Below are positions 50,430-63,717 of a stretch of 64,000 nucleotides of DNA, piece by piece (the first letter of the stretch is position 1; each line of letters starts with the position of its first letter). Source of the stretch: Malacoraja senta (taxonomy: Eukaryota); NCBI GenBank assembly GCA_038087875.1, contig CM075988.1, positions 5,456,001 through 5,520,000 of the forward strand, read 5' to 3'. Under the pieces are notes generated by a model. The model did no database searches and was not told the origin of the DNA. It saw nothing but the letters and a program-made list of their open reading frames with translations. Both the position numbers and the translations under genes were made by a program.

Positions 50430-51013
50430 GATGCAGCATAGAGACAGGCCATTCAACCCGCCAAGTCCATGCTGACCCTCCATCACCCATTCAAACTTGT
50501 TTAATGATATCCCACAATCTCATCCACTCCCTACACACTAGGGACAATTTATAGTGGCCAATTAACCAACAAACCCGCATGTCTTTGGGATGTGGGAGGA
50601 AACCAGAGCACCCAGAGGAAAACCACACAAACACATGGGGAACGTGCAAGCTCCACACAGACAGCACCCAAAGTCAAGATCGAACCTGGGTCGCTGGTGC
50701 TGTGAGGTAACACGGTGGCGCAGTGGTAGAGTTGATGCCATACAGTGCCAGAGACCCGGGTTCAATCCTGACTACGGGTGCTGTCTGTACGGAGTTCGTA
50801 CGTTCTCCCCATGACCTGCATGGGTTTTCTCCAAGATCTCCGGTTTCCTCCCACACCCCAAAGACGTACAGGTTTGCAGGCAAATTGGTTTTGGTAAAAT
50901 AGTAAATTGTCCCTAGTGTGTGTAGGATGGTGCTAGCGTATGGAGATCACTGGTCGGCGCGGACTCGGTGGCCGAAGGGCCTGTTTCCGTGCTGTATCTC
51001 TAATCTGAACTAA
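50430..51013. mobile_element. Head-to-head HE1-type SINE pair
   Basis: Minus copy 50430-50705 abuts plus copy 50710-51013. Confidence 0.85.
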
Positions 51014-51679
51014 TCTCTACCAGCTTTTGCTCCCCATCAGTCACACCCCATCTATCGATGTCAGTGACTCCACTAGGATTGGACTCAGGTGGCCTGTTGT
51101 ACAGTCTCAAACTGGGGACACATCTACACACAAGAGGAAGACATCTAAAAGCTATCTGGCATTCCCATAATCAGACCTCAGGAGAGTGATCGGGAGGAGG
51201 AAGGGAAGAATTTGACGTAATCTGTTTTGTCAGCTTGGGGGCGATAAAGTGATTGCTCGACTTGGAAAATAAGACTTTCAGAGAGGAATGTCTGTGAAAA
51301 TAACAATCCTGTCATAACCAATTGTGAATATGTTTGTGTTCTGCCAGAATATTTGTTTATACATGTGAAGATAGAACATATTGCTGTTTAACACTCTGCT
51401 CAATAAGCACAGCATCTGTTTTCTTTTATTTTGTACTCAATCTGCCAAAATAAGACTATTTATTTGCCTCGACAGTGCTGGCTTTTTGTTATCATAGATA
51501 GCATTGTTTGTGGGTCACTATTTTACCACATGCTTTCCAGTGAGAAAGTGTTCCATCTGATCTGACCCAACGACGATAAGAAAATGTAAAAGTAATTTTC
51601 CTTCCCTAGTTTGTGGTAGAAGAATTGTCAAATATCATCCAGCGTTAACAATACACTGGCAACACTTCGACTTACGTAA

Positions 51680-52150
51680 AATTGTGGACGCAGCCCGGAC
51701 CATCCCACAAACCAACCTCCCTTCTATTGACTCCATTTATACCTCACGCTGCCTCGGCAAGGCCAGCAGCATAATCAAGGATGAGTTGCACCTTGGCCAT
51801 TCCCTCTTCTCCTCTCTCCCATCAGGCAAACTAAACAGAAGGGTGAGTACGCACACCTTCGGATTCAAGGACAGTTTCTTCCCAGCTGTTATCAGGCGAC
51901 TGAATCACCCTACTACACCTAGAGAGTACAGTTGAACTACTATCTACCTCATTGGTGACCCTCAGATATCCTTGATCGGACTTTGCTGGTTTTACCAACC
52001 ACTAAATGTTATTCCCTTATCAGGTATCTATCTATACACTGTAAATGGCTCCATTGTAATCATGTTTTTTTTTTTTTTTGCTGTCTGGTTAACACGCAGC
52101 AAAAGCTTTTCACTGTACCTGGGTACACATGACAATACACTAAACTGATT
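51680..52150 (+). mobile_element. Rex1/Babar-type LINE 3' fragment
   Basis: LPSIDSIYTSRCLGKASSIIKD..GHSLFSSLPSGK..FKDSFFPAVIR; ttcactgtacc..tgacaat tail. Confidence 0.8.
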
Positions 52151-52171
52151 CTGAAACGTCCTAATAACGTC

Positions 52172-52455
52172 AGTGCCTGCATCTTACACAGTGTCAGCAT
52201 CTTACACAGTGCCTGCATCTTACACATGTGTGCCTGCATCTTACATACATGAGTGTCTGCATCTTACATACATGAGTGCCTGCATCTTACACACATGTGT
52301 GCCTGCATCTTACACAGTGTCTGCATCTTACACAGTGCCTGCATCTTACACACATGAATGCCTGCATCTGACACACATGTGTGCCTGCATCTTACACACA
52401 TGTGTGCCTGCATCTTACACACATGTGTGCTTGCATCTTACACGCATCTGTGCCG
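52172..52455. repeat. 18/24-bp minisatellite
   Basis: gtgcctgcatcttacaca(catgt) ~13 units. Confidence 0.9.
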
Positions 52456-52881
52456 GCATCCCTCCTGGCCAGGAACATCACGGGTGTGTGCATGCGCGGT
52501 AGATTGGGAACACCGTCCAATCAGAGGACAGTGAAGCGGGACTTGCGCGGGATTGAGCTGGGACACCGTGTGTTATGCTGCAGCCATTTTTAATCTGCCA
52601 TTGATGTACCATGTTCGACATTAGTTTGTAAATGTCTCTTTATATTAGTTGCTCCATTGTTGTTATTGCTCAGGGCAATACATAACAGTGAGGTGATTAT
52701 GGAGATGTGGTTGGGTGTTTGATGAGATGAAGGGCCTTTCCGTGCCATCACTCCATAATTCTAAAATGCCTCTGTTTCTTTCACAAAACAAATTCTCTCT
52801 AAATGTTGTTGCTGTCCTTTTTATTTTTGTCCTATTGATGATAAACCGATTATATGCACCTGATCAATTGTCTTTAGTAGT

Positions 52882-53903
52882 GTTTAGTTTAGTTTAATTA
52901 GTTTAGTTTAGTTTAGTTTAGTTTAGAGATACAGCGCGGAAACAGGCCCTTTGGCCCACCGCGTCTGCACCGACCAACAAACCCCGCACATTAACATTAT
53001 CCTACACTAGGGACAATTTTTACATTGATACCAAGCCAATTAATCTACAAACTTCTACATCTTTGGAGTGTGGGAGGAAACCGAATATCTCGTGCAGGTC
53101 ACAAGGAGAACGTACAAACTCCGTACAGACAGCACCCATAGCCAGGTTCGAACCCGGGTCTCTGGCGCTGTAAGCACTGTAAGGCAGCAACTCTACAGCT
53201 GTGACACCGTGCCATCTTTGTAAAGTCCACAATTACTACATTGATCACATTTCCGACAAGCAACTTCTCTCGTGTGTATAGAAATGCAGGGAATGAGAGA
53301 TTTCCAGGGACATTCGAGCCAGATAAACATTAACAGTATAGGTAACTATTATAATAAAATATGTGAAGGATCAGCCAAGTTATAAATGGTTATAAAGCAG
53401 TCCAACTCAATGTGAAAGATAATGCCCTTCCACCCTGACCCACCATATTAGACGTTTGGATACCTGTTCTCCTCTAAATTAGGTGCAGAATATATTTGTT
53501 ATTTTTATTTCCATCTTTCCTAAATATTTTGCATTAAAATAATTAGATGCAAACATCAGAATGATTAATACGGCAAGTTTTTATTATTACTATTAAGGAT
53601 GGCCAATGTTAGAGTTGCGACCTTATAGCGTCAGAGACGTGGGTTCGACCCTGACTACGGGTGCTGTCTGTATGGAGTTTGCACGTTTCCCCGTGACCGC
53701 ATGGGTTTTCTCTGGGTGCTCTGGTGTCCCCCCTCATTACAAAGATATGCAAGTTTGTCGGTTAATTGGCTTCTGCAAATTTGCCCCTGGTGTGTAGGAT
53801 GTGAAACTGGGATAACATAGAACTAGTGTGAACAGCCGATCGTTAGTCGGAGTGGATTCAGTGAGTCGAGAGGCACTGTATCTCGAAAACTAAAACTAAA
53901 ACT
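52882..53903. mobile_element. Two HE1-type SINEs (52882-53213 -, 53605-53903 +)
   Basis: Family match. Confidence 0.8.
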
Positions 53904-55309
53904 ACGAACGTATGTGTTATGGTGCAATGATGCAATGCAATGACAAACAGTGTAATTCATGACATTAACGTTGGAACCTACATACAATAAAGCAGATGAG
54001 GGGAAATGCCGGATGCATTGGACTTAGTTTGCCAGAAGGTATTTGATAAGATACTGCATCAAAGATGATTGTAAAGAATACAAGTTCACCACAGGTTTAA
54101 GGACTTGAGTAGGTTAAATGAGTGGGTAAAGTTCGGGCAAATTGAGTGTAAGCTGGGGACCATTTTAGCAGGATTTATTTTTAAAGCATGTTATTTGAAT
54201 ATTGAAAGATTGCAGAGCTGTAAGATTAAACAGGGTATTGGGATATGAGTGGGAAGCAACTGCAGATGTTGGTTTAAACCGAAGATAGACACAAAATGGT
54301 GCAATAACTCAGCAGGTCAGACAGCATCTCTGGAGAGGAAGGGTCTCAACCCGAAACGTCACCCATTCCTTCTCTCCAGAGATGCTGCCTGTCCCGCTGA
54401 GTTACTCCAGCATTTTGTGTCTATCTGGTGATTTGAGTATATGATTTGTTACTTTCTAGTATGCATGTGATTCGCAAGAAGAAGAAGAAGAATGTGCAGG
54501 GATCGCTGGTCGGCGTGGACTCCGTGGGCCGAAGGGCCTGTTTCCGTGCTGTATCTCTGAACTAAACTAAGCAATGCTCCTTCCTTTGCACGGAAGCAGA
54601 TATATATTGTTAAGATTTGCCACACGTATCATAAACAGTGCTTAATTACTATGGCACTCCTCAGGATTATTTTAACATTGTTAATTGCAAACTAAATAGA
54701 AGGGTTGAAGAAGGATAAATGAATGATGAATGGCTATTGGAAAGTCATTAACCTGTGGATCCCCATATCCCGAATCCCTGCCTGTGGTGTTGCATAAACA
54801 TTCATCATATTCTTTGTGAGCTTCAAAGGTTGTGCAATGAATTTACGGTTCAGGAACAAATTCCCAAAGTTAAGATAGAAATCTAATGAGGCCCACATCA
54901 TCATAACAACCATCCTGGAGTAAATATGTACGACTTGTTGTTGATAAATGAAAAATTCACAGAAGATAAACGATAAGGCAAAAGTATAACTATTTTGTAA
55001 AACTCTGTGTAGGAAGGAACTGCAGATGCTGGCTTACACCAAAGGTAGACACAAATTGCTGGAGTAACTCAGCAGAACAGGCAGCATCTTTGGAGTGAAG
55101 GAATGGGCGACGTTTTGGGTTGAGACCCTTCTTCAGACTGAGAGTCAGGGCTCTAACAGTGTTGTGTGACGTTGCAAGAATGAATGATTTCTTCCTTCAA
55201 TTAACTCAGTAACGTTCCATGTATATTTTGCAACATGATGAACTATGTAGGACTCAATGAAATGCACAAACCTGTTTGGCCTTTCAATATTAATATGCCT
55301 GGTGTACAT

Positions 55310-56060
55310 CTTACCTTGCAGTTCTGGTCACCCTTTACAAGAAGGATGTGTCAGCTTTGCAGAGATTTACCAGAGTGCTGTGTGGATGAGAAGGTACGAG
55401 CTACAAGGAGAGGTTGGTCAAACATGGATTATTTTCTCTAAAATACTATAGGCCAAGTGTTTCCAACCTGGGGTAAATCTACCCCTAGGGGGTAAATTAC
55501 GCCGACCCAGGGGGTAAATTTGTTGATTCTGGATTTGTACATATTTCTTCTCATTGACTGAATGTGTTTGGTTCTGGTATCTGTTCATCATTAGTTGTTC
55601 ATAAATAAGTGAAATAACATGGTTATATGCTATTAAAGTTGCCAGGGGTAAACGGGATGATAAAGGTTGGGAACCCCTGTTATAGGTTGAGGGAAAACTT
55701 AACAGAAATCTTTGAAATGATGAGAGGCGTAGATAATGGTGGACAGTCAGAACTTCTTTCCCAGGGTAGACATGGCAGAGACTAGAGGGCAGAGCTTTAA
55801 GGTGAGAGGGGAAACGTTTAATGGAGATGTGTGGGGAAATTTTTTACACAATGGGTGGTGGGTGCCTAGGATGTGCTGCCAGAGGTGGTGGTGGAGGCAG
55901 ATACAACAGTAGCATTTAAGAGGCATTTGGATAGGCGCCTGAATATAAAGAGAGTGGAGGGATATGGATCATGTGTAGGCAGGTGAGATTAGTGTATCTT
56001 GGCATCATGCTCAGCACAGATATTGTGCGCTGAAGGGCCTGTTCCTGTACTGTTCTTTAT
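55310..56060 (+). mobile_element. CR1 3' fragment split by a hAT MITE
   Basis: gactagagggcagagctttaaggtgagagg..gatatggatcatg. Confidence 0.75.
55454..55679. mobile_element. hAT MITE
   Basis: TIR caagtgtttccaacct / aggttgggaacccctg; 8-bp flanks ctataggc / ttataggt; subterminal ggggtaaa repeats. Confidence 0.8.
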
Positions 56061-56189
56061 TCTATATACTGTGGATCCATGGAAGAGGAGAAAAAAACTG
56101 GGATATGGTGTTACCTAACGATGGAGAATTCAACATTTATACCATCTCTAGAGGTGCTGCCTGACCTGCTGAGTTACCACAACACTTTC

Positions 56190-56945
56190 AAAGTGTTCAA
56201 AGGTCAGTTTATTGTCACATGTACCATTTTAAGGCACAGTGAAACTCGTATTACCATACAGCCATACTAAAACAAAAGCAACAAGACACACAACTACGTA
56301 AAAGTTAACATAAACATCCACCACAGTGGATTCCACCACATTCTTCACCGTAATGGAAGGTAATAAAGTCTAATCTTCCTCCTCTATATTCTCCTGCGGT
56401 CGGGCCAGTCGAACCATCCGCAGTCATGGTGATCGAAGCTCCCGCAGCCGGCAATCGAAGCCCCCGCATTGGGGCGATTGAAGCCCCCGCATTGGGGCGA
56501 TCGATGCTCCCACGTCTGGGCGGTCGAAGCTCCTGCGGTTTGGAGCTCCCGATGTCGGACCCTAACCAGGGACTGCGAGCTCCACGATGTTAACGCCACA
56601 GGCTCCCGCGGTTGGAGCTCCAAGGTCGACCCCCAACAGGGATCGCCGGCTCCGCAATGTTAAGTCCCGCAGGCTCCCGTGGTTGGAGCTCCTGAAGTCG
56701 GTCTTCAGCAGAGGCTGCCAGCTCCTCGATGTTAGGCCGCAGTGTGGACGGAGATGCGACACGGAAAAAGTAGCATCTCCGACGAGGTAATAGATTAAAA
56801 AAAGTTTCCTCCAACCATCCCCCCCCCCCCCACATAAAAACAAGCTAAAGAAAACTAAAACATACATTTAACACATACTAAATAACAACTAAGAGATGAG
56901 ACAGACTGTTGGCGAGGCGGCCATTGAGAGCGCCACCTGGTGGAA
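56190..56945 (-). mobile_element. GC-rich non-autonomous retroposon with Rex/Babar-type tail and 23-bp repeats
   Basis: Tail ttcactgtgcc..catgtgacaataaa; body shared with 4690-5555. Confidence 0.7.
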
Positions 56946-57014
56946 GTTGGATGGCACTTTATGCTTTTTTGTGTATTAACCAGCATCCGCACTTTGTTTC
57001 AACATTCATACAAT

Positions 57015-57425
57015 TGCGTTGTAAGCTTCCCAAGCTGAATGTGAGGTGCTGTTCCTCCAGTTTGCACATGGCTTCACCCTGACAATGGAGGAGGCTCAGG
57101 ACAGAAAGGTCAGTGTGGGAATGCTAGGGGGTGTTAAACAAGGCTGCAACTCCATCAAGCCTTGGTGGGTTGAGTGCAAGTGCTCGGCAAATCAATCGTC
57201 TAGTCTATGTTTGGTCTCACTGATGTAAAGGAGCACTGGAACATTGAACGCAGTAGATGAGGTTAGAGGGGGAGGAGGTGCATGTAAACCTCTGTCTCTG
57301 CTGGAAGGGCAGCAGGCATCCCTGGATGGAGGTGAAGGAGGAGGTATAGGGATGAGTGTTACATTCCCTATGGTTGCAGGTGAAAGTATCCAAGGAGGGG
57401 GCAGTTTGAGTGGGAAGGGATGAGG
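57015..57425 (-). mobile_element. Penelope-like element fragment
   Basis: QRFTCTSSPSNLIYCVQCS; homologous to 40260-40740. Confidence 0.75.
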
Positions 57426-59019
57426 ACAGGTGATGTTTCAGGCCAGGATCCTTCTGCATTTCAGTTTGGGGCCCTTCCTCAGGCTTCACCTAAAACATCA
57501 CCTGCATGTTCTCCAGGGATGCTGCCTGACCAGCTAATTTACACCAGCACTTTGTGTCTTTATCAGGGCTGCCTTGATGTCATGTTACATATGTTCATCT
57601 TAATTCAAAACATCAACAGAACTGCACATGCTTTAATCTGAAAATAACCATAGAACATAGAAGGGTACTGCATAGCAACCGGCTTCTGGCCCACAATGTT
57701 TGTGCTGAATATGATGCTAAGATAAAGTAATCTGTCTGTACATGATCTTGGCATGCCCATGTGCCTATCTACAAGCTGTTTAAATGCCACCATTGTTGCT
57801 GCCTCCATCACCACTCCTGGCAGTGTGTTCTAGTCTAGGCATTCACCACTCTCTATGTAAAATATTTGCCCAGCATACCTCTATTAAACTTTGCCTCTTT
57901 CACCTTAAATCTATGCCCTCTAGTCTCTTCAACATTTTTCAACAAAGGATTCTGAAACTACTCAGCTGGTTAGTTTGCAGCTGAGGTGAGAGAATCTCTC
58001 TGATGCTAAGAACTATATTCTGCACTCTGTACTCTGTCCACATATTGTACTTGAATGCTGCTTGATTGTGTTTATAGATAGTATTATCCGATTTGTGTAG
58101 GAAGGAACTGTAGATGCTGGTTTACACCAAAGCCTCAGTCTGAAGAAGGGTCTCGATCCAAAACGTTACCCATTCCTTCTCTCCAGAGATGCTGCCTGAC
58201 CCACTGAGTTACCCCCCGCATTTTGTGTCTATCTTCGGTGTCATTGGACAGCATGCAAAACAAAGCTTTTCACTGTACCTCGGTATGCATGGCAACAATA
58301 AACCTTAACACAAACCAAGTTAACAGCGCAGAAAATTTCTGATAGCAATTTCATTCCATCAGCATTTTCTCTTGAATTTTGAGATTTACTAGTTTATAAA
58401 TTAAGTGCTCGTAATAAAGTTGACACTGTTAATGTTTCTGAAAAATACTCCTCCATTTATTTATATAGTTATGATAAACACCTTTTATGGAAATTTACAC
58501 CCGATAATTGCAAAATTAAATTAGGAAAAGGTTTTTATTCCTCGGTGCCTCTTCCAAAGAACATAAATACCTTCCCTGTTTGCTTCCAGTCTTCAGAATC
58601 TAAATATAAATTACCTTTAATGGAACCAGTTTATGGGTAAATACTTTAGATTTTGAAATGAAATAATGATTGTATTTTAATATGAATTATGTGTTAGATT
58701 GTGCAGCAGTAATTTAAAAAGTTGATGTCTTTTAAGGTTCTGAAAAAATATGTTATTTGAATGAGTACTGTTGCCCTAACCTTGCCCATACGAAGTACTC
58801 ACTAATAATTTATTTTGAAACAGAGAATTATAGAAACAAGAAACTGCAGATGCGGGTTTACAAAAGAGGACACAAAGTGCTGGAGTAACTCAGCGGGTCA
58901 GGCAGCATCTCTGGAGATTATGGATAGGTGATGTTCGGGTGGGGATCATTCTTCAGACTCTCTGCAGGTCTGAAGAAGGGCCCCGACCCAAAACATCACC
59001 TTCCATGTTCCCACTGAGT

Positions 59020-59542
59020 CTTTAGTTTAGTTTAGAGATACAGCGCAGAAACAGGCCCTTCGGCCCACTGAGTACGAAACCGAACAGCGGCCTCCGCCAT
59101 TGAACACTATCCAACACGCACTAGGGACAATTTTACGTTTATACCAAGTCAATGAACCTAAAAACCTGTACGTCTTTGGAGTGTGAGAGGAAACCGAAGA
59201 TATCGGAGAAAACCCACGCAGGTCACGGGGGGAACCTACAAACTCCGTACAGACAGCACCCGTGGTCAGGATCGAACCCGGGTCTCTGGCGCTGTAAGGC
59301 AGCAACACCGTGCCGCCCATTGATGTTGCAAATTTTTACATTTACCAAGCCAATTAACCGACAAACATGTACGTCTTTGCAGTGTGGGTGGAAACCGAAG
59401 ATCTCGGAGAAAACCCACGCAGGTCACGGGGAGAACGTATAAACTCAGCACAGACAGCACCCGTAGTGGGGATCGAACCCGGGTTTCCGGCACTGCATTT
59501 GCTGTAAGGCAGCAACTCTACCGCTGCGCCACCCTGCTGCCC
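59020..59542 (-). mobile_element. Tandem HE1-type SINEs
   Basis: Two consecutive reverse-complement copies. Confidence 0.85.
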
Positions 59543-61164
59543 GTGCTGGATTCCATCATTGATTCCATCCACCAGAACTCCAGCATTGTGGGGAGCTCTC
59601 TCCAGCCCCTCTCTCTCAGCATGGCAGCCATTACATGTGTAAGTCAACACGATCTTAATTAGTACGGGTGTCAGGGGTTATGGGGAGAGGCTGGAGAATG
59701 GGGGTTGAGAGGGAAAGATACGGCAGCCATGATTGAATGGCGGGGTAGACTTGTCAGGCCAAATGGCCTAATTCTGCTTCCAGAACAAATGAACCTATGA
59801 AGTTGCAGGCTCCTTTAAGGGCAGCAGCTCTGACGTACTTGCTGCATTCACAGATGCCAGAAGCTGCATAAGGTTCGAGCAGCAAATCTGCCGGGATTTG
59901 CAGAGATGTTCAAGAAGTGCAGGGAAACTGTTTGATTTTAATTACCTAAACATCTCTTGGTTAAATGCTGTAGCTGAGGGGAAAGGAGGGCGGTAATGTT
60001 TTCTAAGATGTGTTCTGGAGACTATCTGTGTCTTCAAATACACGTCTGGATCTGGTGGTGGGTTGGGGGGGGGGGGGGGTAAGGTGGGCCAAGTGTCAGC
60101 AAGGCACTTGGGGAAGAGTGATCAATGTACCATAAGGTTTAAATTATTAACGGAGAAGAGCAAGGAATCAGCTAAAGTAGAGCCTTTATATGAGAAGGGT
60201 ATGAGTCTCTCTAGAATAAAAGGCAAGCAAAGTGTGTAAGGAGAGGATGTGTGGGAAGAAACTGCTGGTTCAAACCAAAGATAGACACAAAATGCTGGAG
60301 TAACTCAGCGGGACAGGCAGCTTCTCTGGAGAGACGGAACGGGTGAAGTTTCGGGTTGAGACCCTTCTTCACATATTTCAGATACAAGCTGACTACATTC
60401 CCACAAGAGGAAAAGGCAGGGAAAGCAGAGCTTTCTGTGGGGTTGGGCTGAATTTTGAGCTAATATACTCTTGCGGGGTTATGGGGACCAAAGTGGAAAT
60501 GGTACCAATAGATTGCTCTGCTGAGAACTGACATAAATTCTATGGCTAAACTGTGGGTCTGGGAATTATCAACACCCACACAGTTTTCCTATTGCTAAGT
60601 TTTACCAGAAGTAAAATATTGTGCCTGGTGGTAAATTAAATTCATGATCTGAAAGTGCTGACATTTCCACCTAGGGATAAAGGTTCTGAGAGTCTACCCT
60701 CTCCATGCCTCTCATAAAAGGTACATTCATTCAGTTTCCCAGATTGTGTCATAGCCTCAGATGTTATAGAATTTTACTATATCCCTCAGCGCCACACTAT
60801 TCAATCTTCCAGCAATCCAAGGTGTATACTACCAAAGCATTCAGGTCTGAAAATTAATTTAAAAAATCGTTGATGCTAGTAATATGAAAGAGAAATAGAA
60901 TGCCCAGGAAACACTCAGCAGTTCAGGCAGCATCTGTGGAGAGAGAAACATTTTTCGAAGACTTTTCATAGAAATAATTTTATTGAAATTGAGGATTGAG
61001 GATGGATAGGATGAAGGGATTACCTCTGAAAGATAAGGCTATGGGATAGACTGTTGGTGAATCCAAGCTGTTGACAGGTATGATGAGAAATTTTGACAAA
61101 ACAACAAAGGAAAATGAAATAGCTGTGAAATGCAGGTCAGAGCTGCAGGAAATGCTCCACATGG

Positions 61165-62083
61165 TGGCCCGTGGCGCAGTGGTGGAGCTACTGCCTTACA
61201 GCGCCAGAGACCAGAGTTCAATCCTGATTACGGGTGCACGGAATTTGTATGTTCTCCCCGTGACCTGTGTGGCTTTTCTCCGAGATCTTCGGTTTCCTCC
61301 CACAATCCAAAGAAGCACAGGTTTGTACATTAATTGGCTTGGTATGAATGTAAAATTGTCCTTAGGGTAGTGTGAATGTGTGGGGATCGCTGGTCGGTGC
61401 GGGCCTGGTGGGCCGAAGGGCCTGTTTCCGCGCTGTATTCCGAAACTAAAGTAAACAAAAAAAAAATTCTGCAGCATCAGTGGATGGTACACCAGTGCAT
61501 CAAAGCACCAGTAACTCCAGGATCTCATCACTTCTGCCCCTTACCTTCCCAACCAACCTCGTCCCACAGATGCAATTCTCTGTAGTACAAAGCTTCATAA
61601 CTCAAAGTTACACACATTGGCTTAATTCAATCAACGTGCAAGCCTATAGGCACACAACTCTGGTCCGACACTGCGATAAGAAACAGGAGCCCACAGTCAC
61701 GTCCCACAGCCCATCTCCCTTAGCCTCTTCTATACAGATGCCAGAACCAGGCACCCTGCTCTCAGAGAAAGTGTTTTAGCTTAGAAGAGAGATACACCAT
61801 GGAAACAGGCCCTTCGGCCCACCGATTCCGCACCGACCAGCGATCCCCGCACATTAACTCCATCCTACACTCACTAAGGACAGTTTACATTAATACCAAG
61901 CCATTTAATGTACAAACCTATGCGTTTTTAGAGTGTGGGAGGAAACCGAAGATCTCGGAGAAAAAAACACAGGTCACGGAGAGAACGTGCAAACTCCGTA
62001 CAGACAGCACCCATAGTCAGCATTGAACCCAGGTCTCTGGCGCTATAAGGCAGTAGTTCTACCGCTACGCCACCGTACCACCC
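61165..62083. mobile_element. Two HE1-type SINEs (61165-61450 +, 61788-62083 -)
   Basis: Family match. Confidence 0.85.
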
Positions 62084-62189
62084 GGTTAACACCTAATTTA
62101 GATGTTCTCCATGCACATCCTGACCAACAGCTGGCACGTGTCAACAGTCACCCAATCTTCAGTTGATAAGGCCACTAATGTCTTAACGT

Positions 62190-62625
62190 AGAAACAAGGA
62201 ACTGCAGATGCTGGTTTACAAAATTACCTGAGAAAGGGTCAGTCTGAAGAAGGGTCCCGACTCAAAATGTCACCTATCCATGTTCTCCATAGATGCTGCC
62301 TCACCCGCTGAGTTTCTCCAGCGTTTTAGTCTACCTTCATCCTCGGTCTCCTCCATGGCCAGAGTGAGTCCCACCGCAAATTGGAGGAGCAGCACCTCAT
62401 ATTTTGCTTGGGTAGTTTACACCCCAGCCGTGTGACTTCTCCAATTTCAGGAAGTTCTTGCTTTCTCCCTCCTTCCCCTCCCCTTCCCAGCTCTCCCACA
62501 GCCTACGGTCTCCGCCTCTTCCTTTATTTTTCCCGCCCCCCTCCACATCAGTCTGAAAAATAGTCTCGACCCGAAACCCGAATGGTTTTTCCAGCATTTT
62601 TGTCTACCTTCAATTTTTCCAGCAT
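62190..62625 (+). mobile_element. Penelope-like 3' end between two terminal-repeat copies
   Basis: EEQHLIFCLGSLHP; degenerate hammerhead cores at ~62243 and ~62553. Confidence 0.7.
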
Positions 62626-62929
62626 AGAAAATAGAAAATAGGTGCAGGAGGAGGCCATTCGGCCCTTCGAGCCAGCCAGCCATCTGCAGTCCTTTCTTAA
62701 AAAGAATCCAGCACTTTGGTCTTTTTTTTCCACCAATGTCATGTTGGTTACACCTTCTTCAAATTTACAACACATTCCACCCATGTAGCGGTAATTAAAA
62801 TATCAGGCCACATTAAATAGGAATTTCTATTCCGCTGACTGGCATAGCAATTCCCCCACACCCCACCCTCTTCTCCAACTAATTCAGATGAAACACCAAG
62901 GCATTGATGGCTATAAATATATTAGTTTA

Positions 62930-63455
62930 GCTTAGATTAGTTTAGTCTAGTTTATTATTGTCACTTGTACAGAGGTACAGTGAAAAGCTTTTTGTTGCTT
63001 GCTATCCAGTCAGCTTAAAGACTGTGCATGATTACAATCAAGCTGTCCACAGTGTATGGATACAAGATAAAGGGTATATCATTTAGTGCAAGATAAAATC
63101 TAATAACAGTTAAAGATAATTAAAGATAGTTTGAAGGTCTCCAACGAGGTAGATGGGAGGTTAGGACCGTTCTCGAGCTGGTGAGAGGATGGTTGAATTG
63201 CCTGATAACAGCTGAGTAGAAACTGTGCCTAAATCTGGAGGAATGCATTTTCAAACATCAGTACCTCTTGTCAGATTGGAGTGGGGAGAAGAGGGAGTGA
63301 CCGGGGTTAGATTCATCCTTGATTATGTTGGCGGCCTTGCCGAGGCAGCGAGAAATGTGGATGGAGTCAATGGAAGGGAGGTTGGTTTGCGTGATGGTCT
63401 GGGTTATGTCAGCAACCCTCTGCAATGTCTTGCAGTCTTGGATGGAGCTATTCGC
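62930..63455 (-). mobile_element. Rex1/Babar-type LINE 3' fragment
   Basis: Reverse complement of the 51680-52150 family. Confidence 0.7.
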
Positions 63456-63459
63456 AAAC

Positions 63460-63717
63460 AGTTGCTGCCTTACAGGGGCAGAGACCAGGGTTCAATCCTG
63501 ACTACAGGTGCTATCTGTATGGAGTTTCTACATTCTCCCTGTGACCGTGTGGGTTTTCTCCGGATGCTCTGGTTTCTTCCAACACTCCAAAGACGTAAAT
63601 TGTTCCTAGTCTGTAGGATAGCGCCAGTCTATGGCTTGGTCACAGGTCAGCACGGACTCGGTGGGCCGAAGGGCCTGTTTCCGCATTGTATCTCTAAAGT
63701 CTAAACTAAAGTCTAAA
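63460..63717 (+). mobile_element. HE1-type SINE
   Basis: Family match. Confidence 0.8.

Noticed and set aside
59543..59645. Open frame ending at a GTAAGT donor
   Set aside because: No acceptor (SINE immediately upstream) and no recognisable peptide
59840..59970. Apparent exon FEQQICRDLQRC..DFNYLNISW
   Set aside because: Resembles a decayed CR1 endonuclease (GDFN motif), not a host exon
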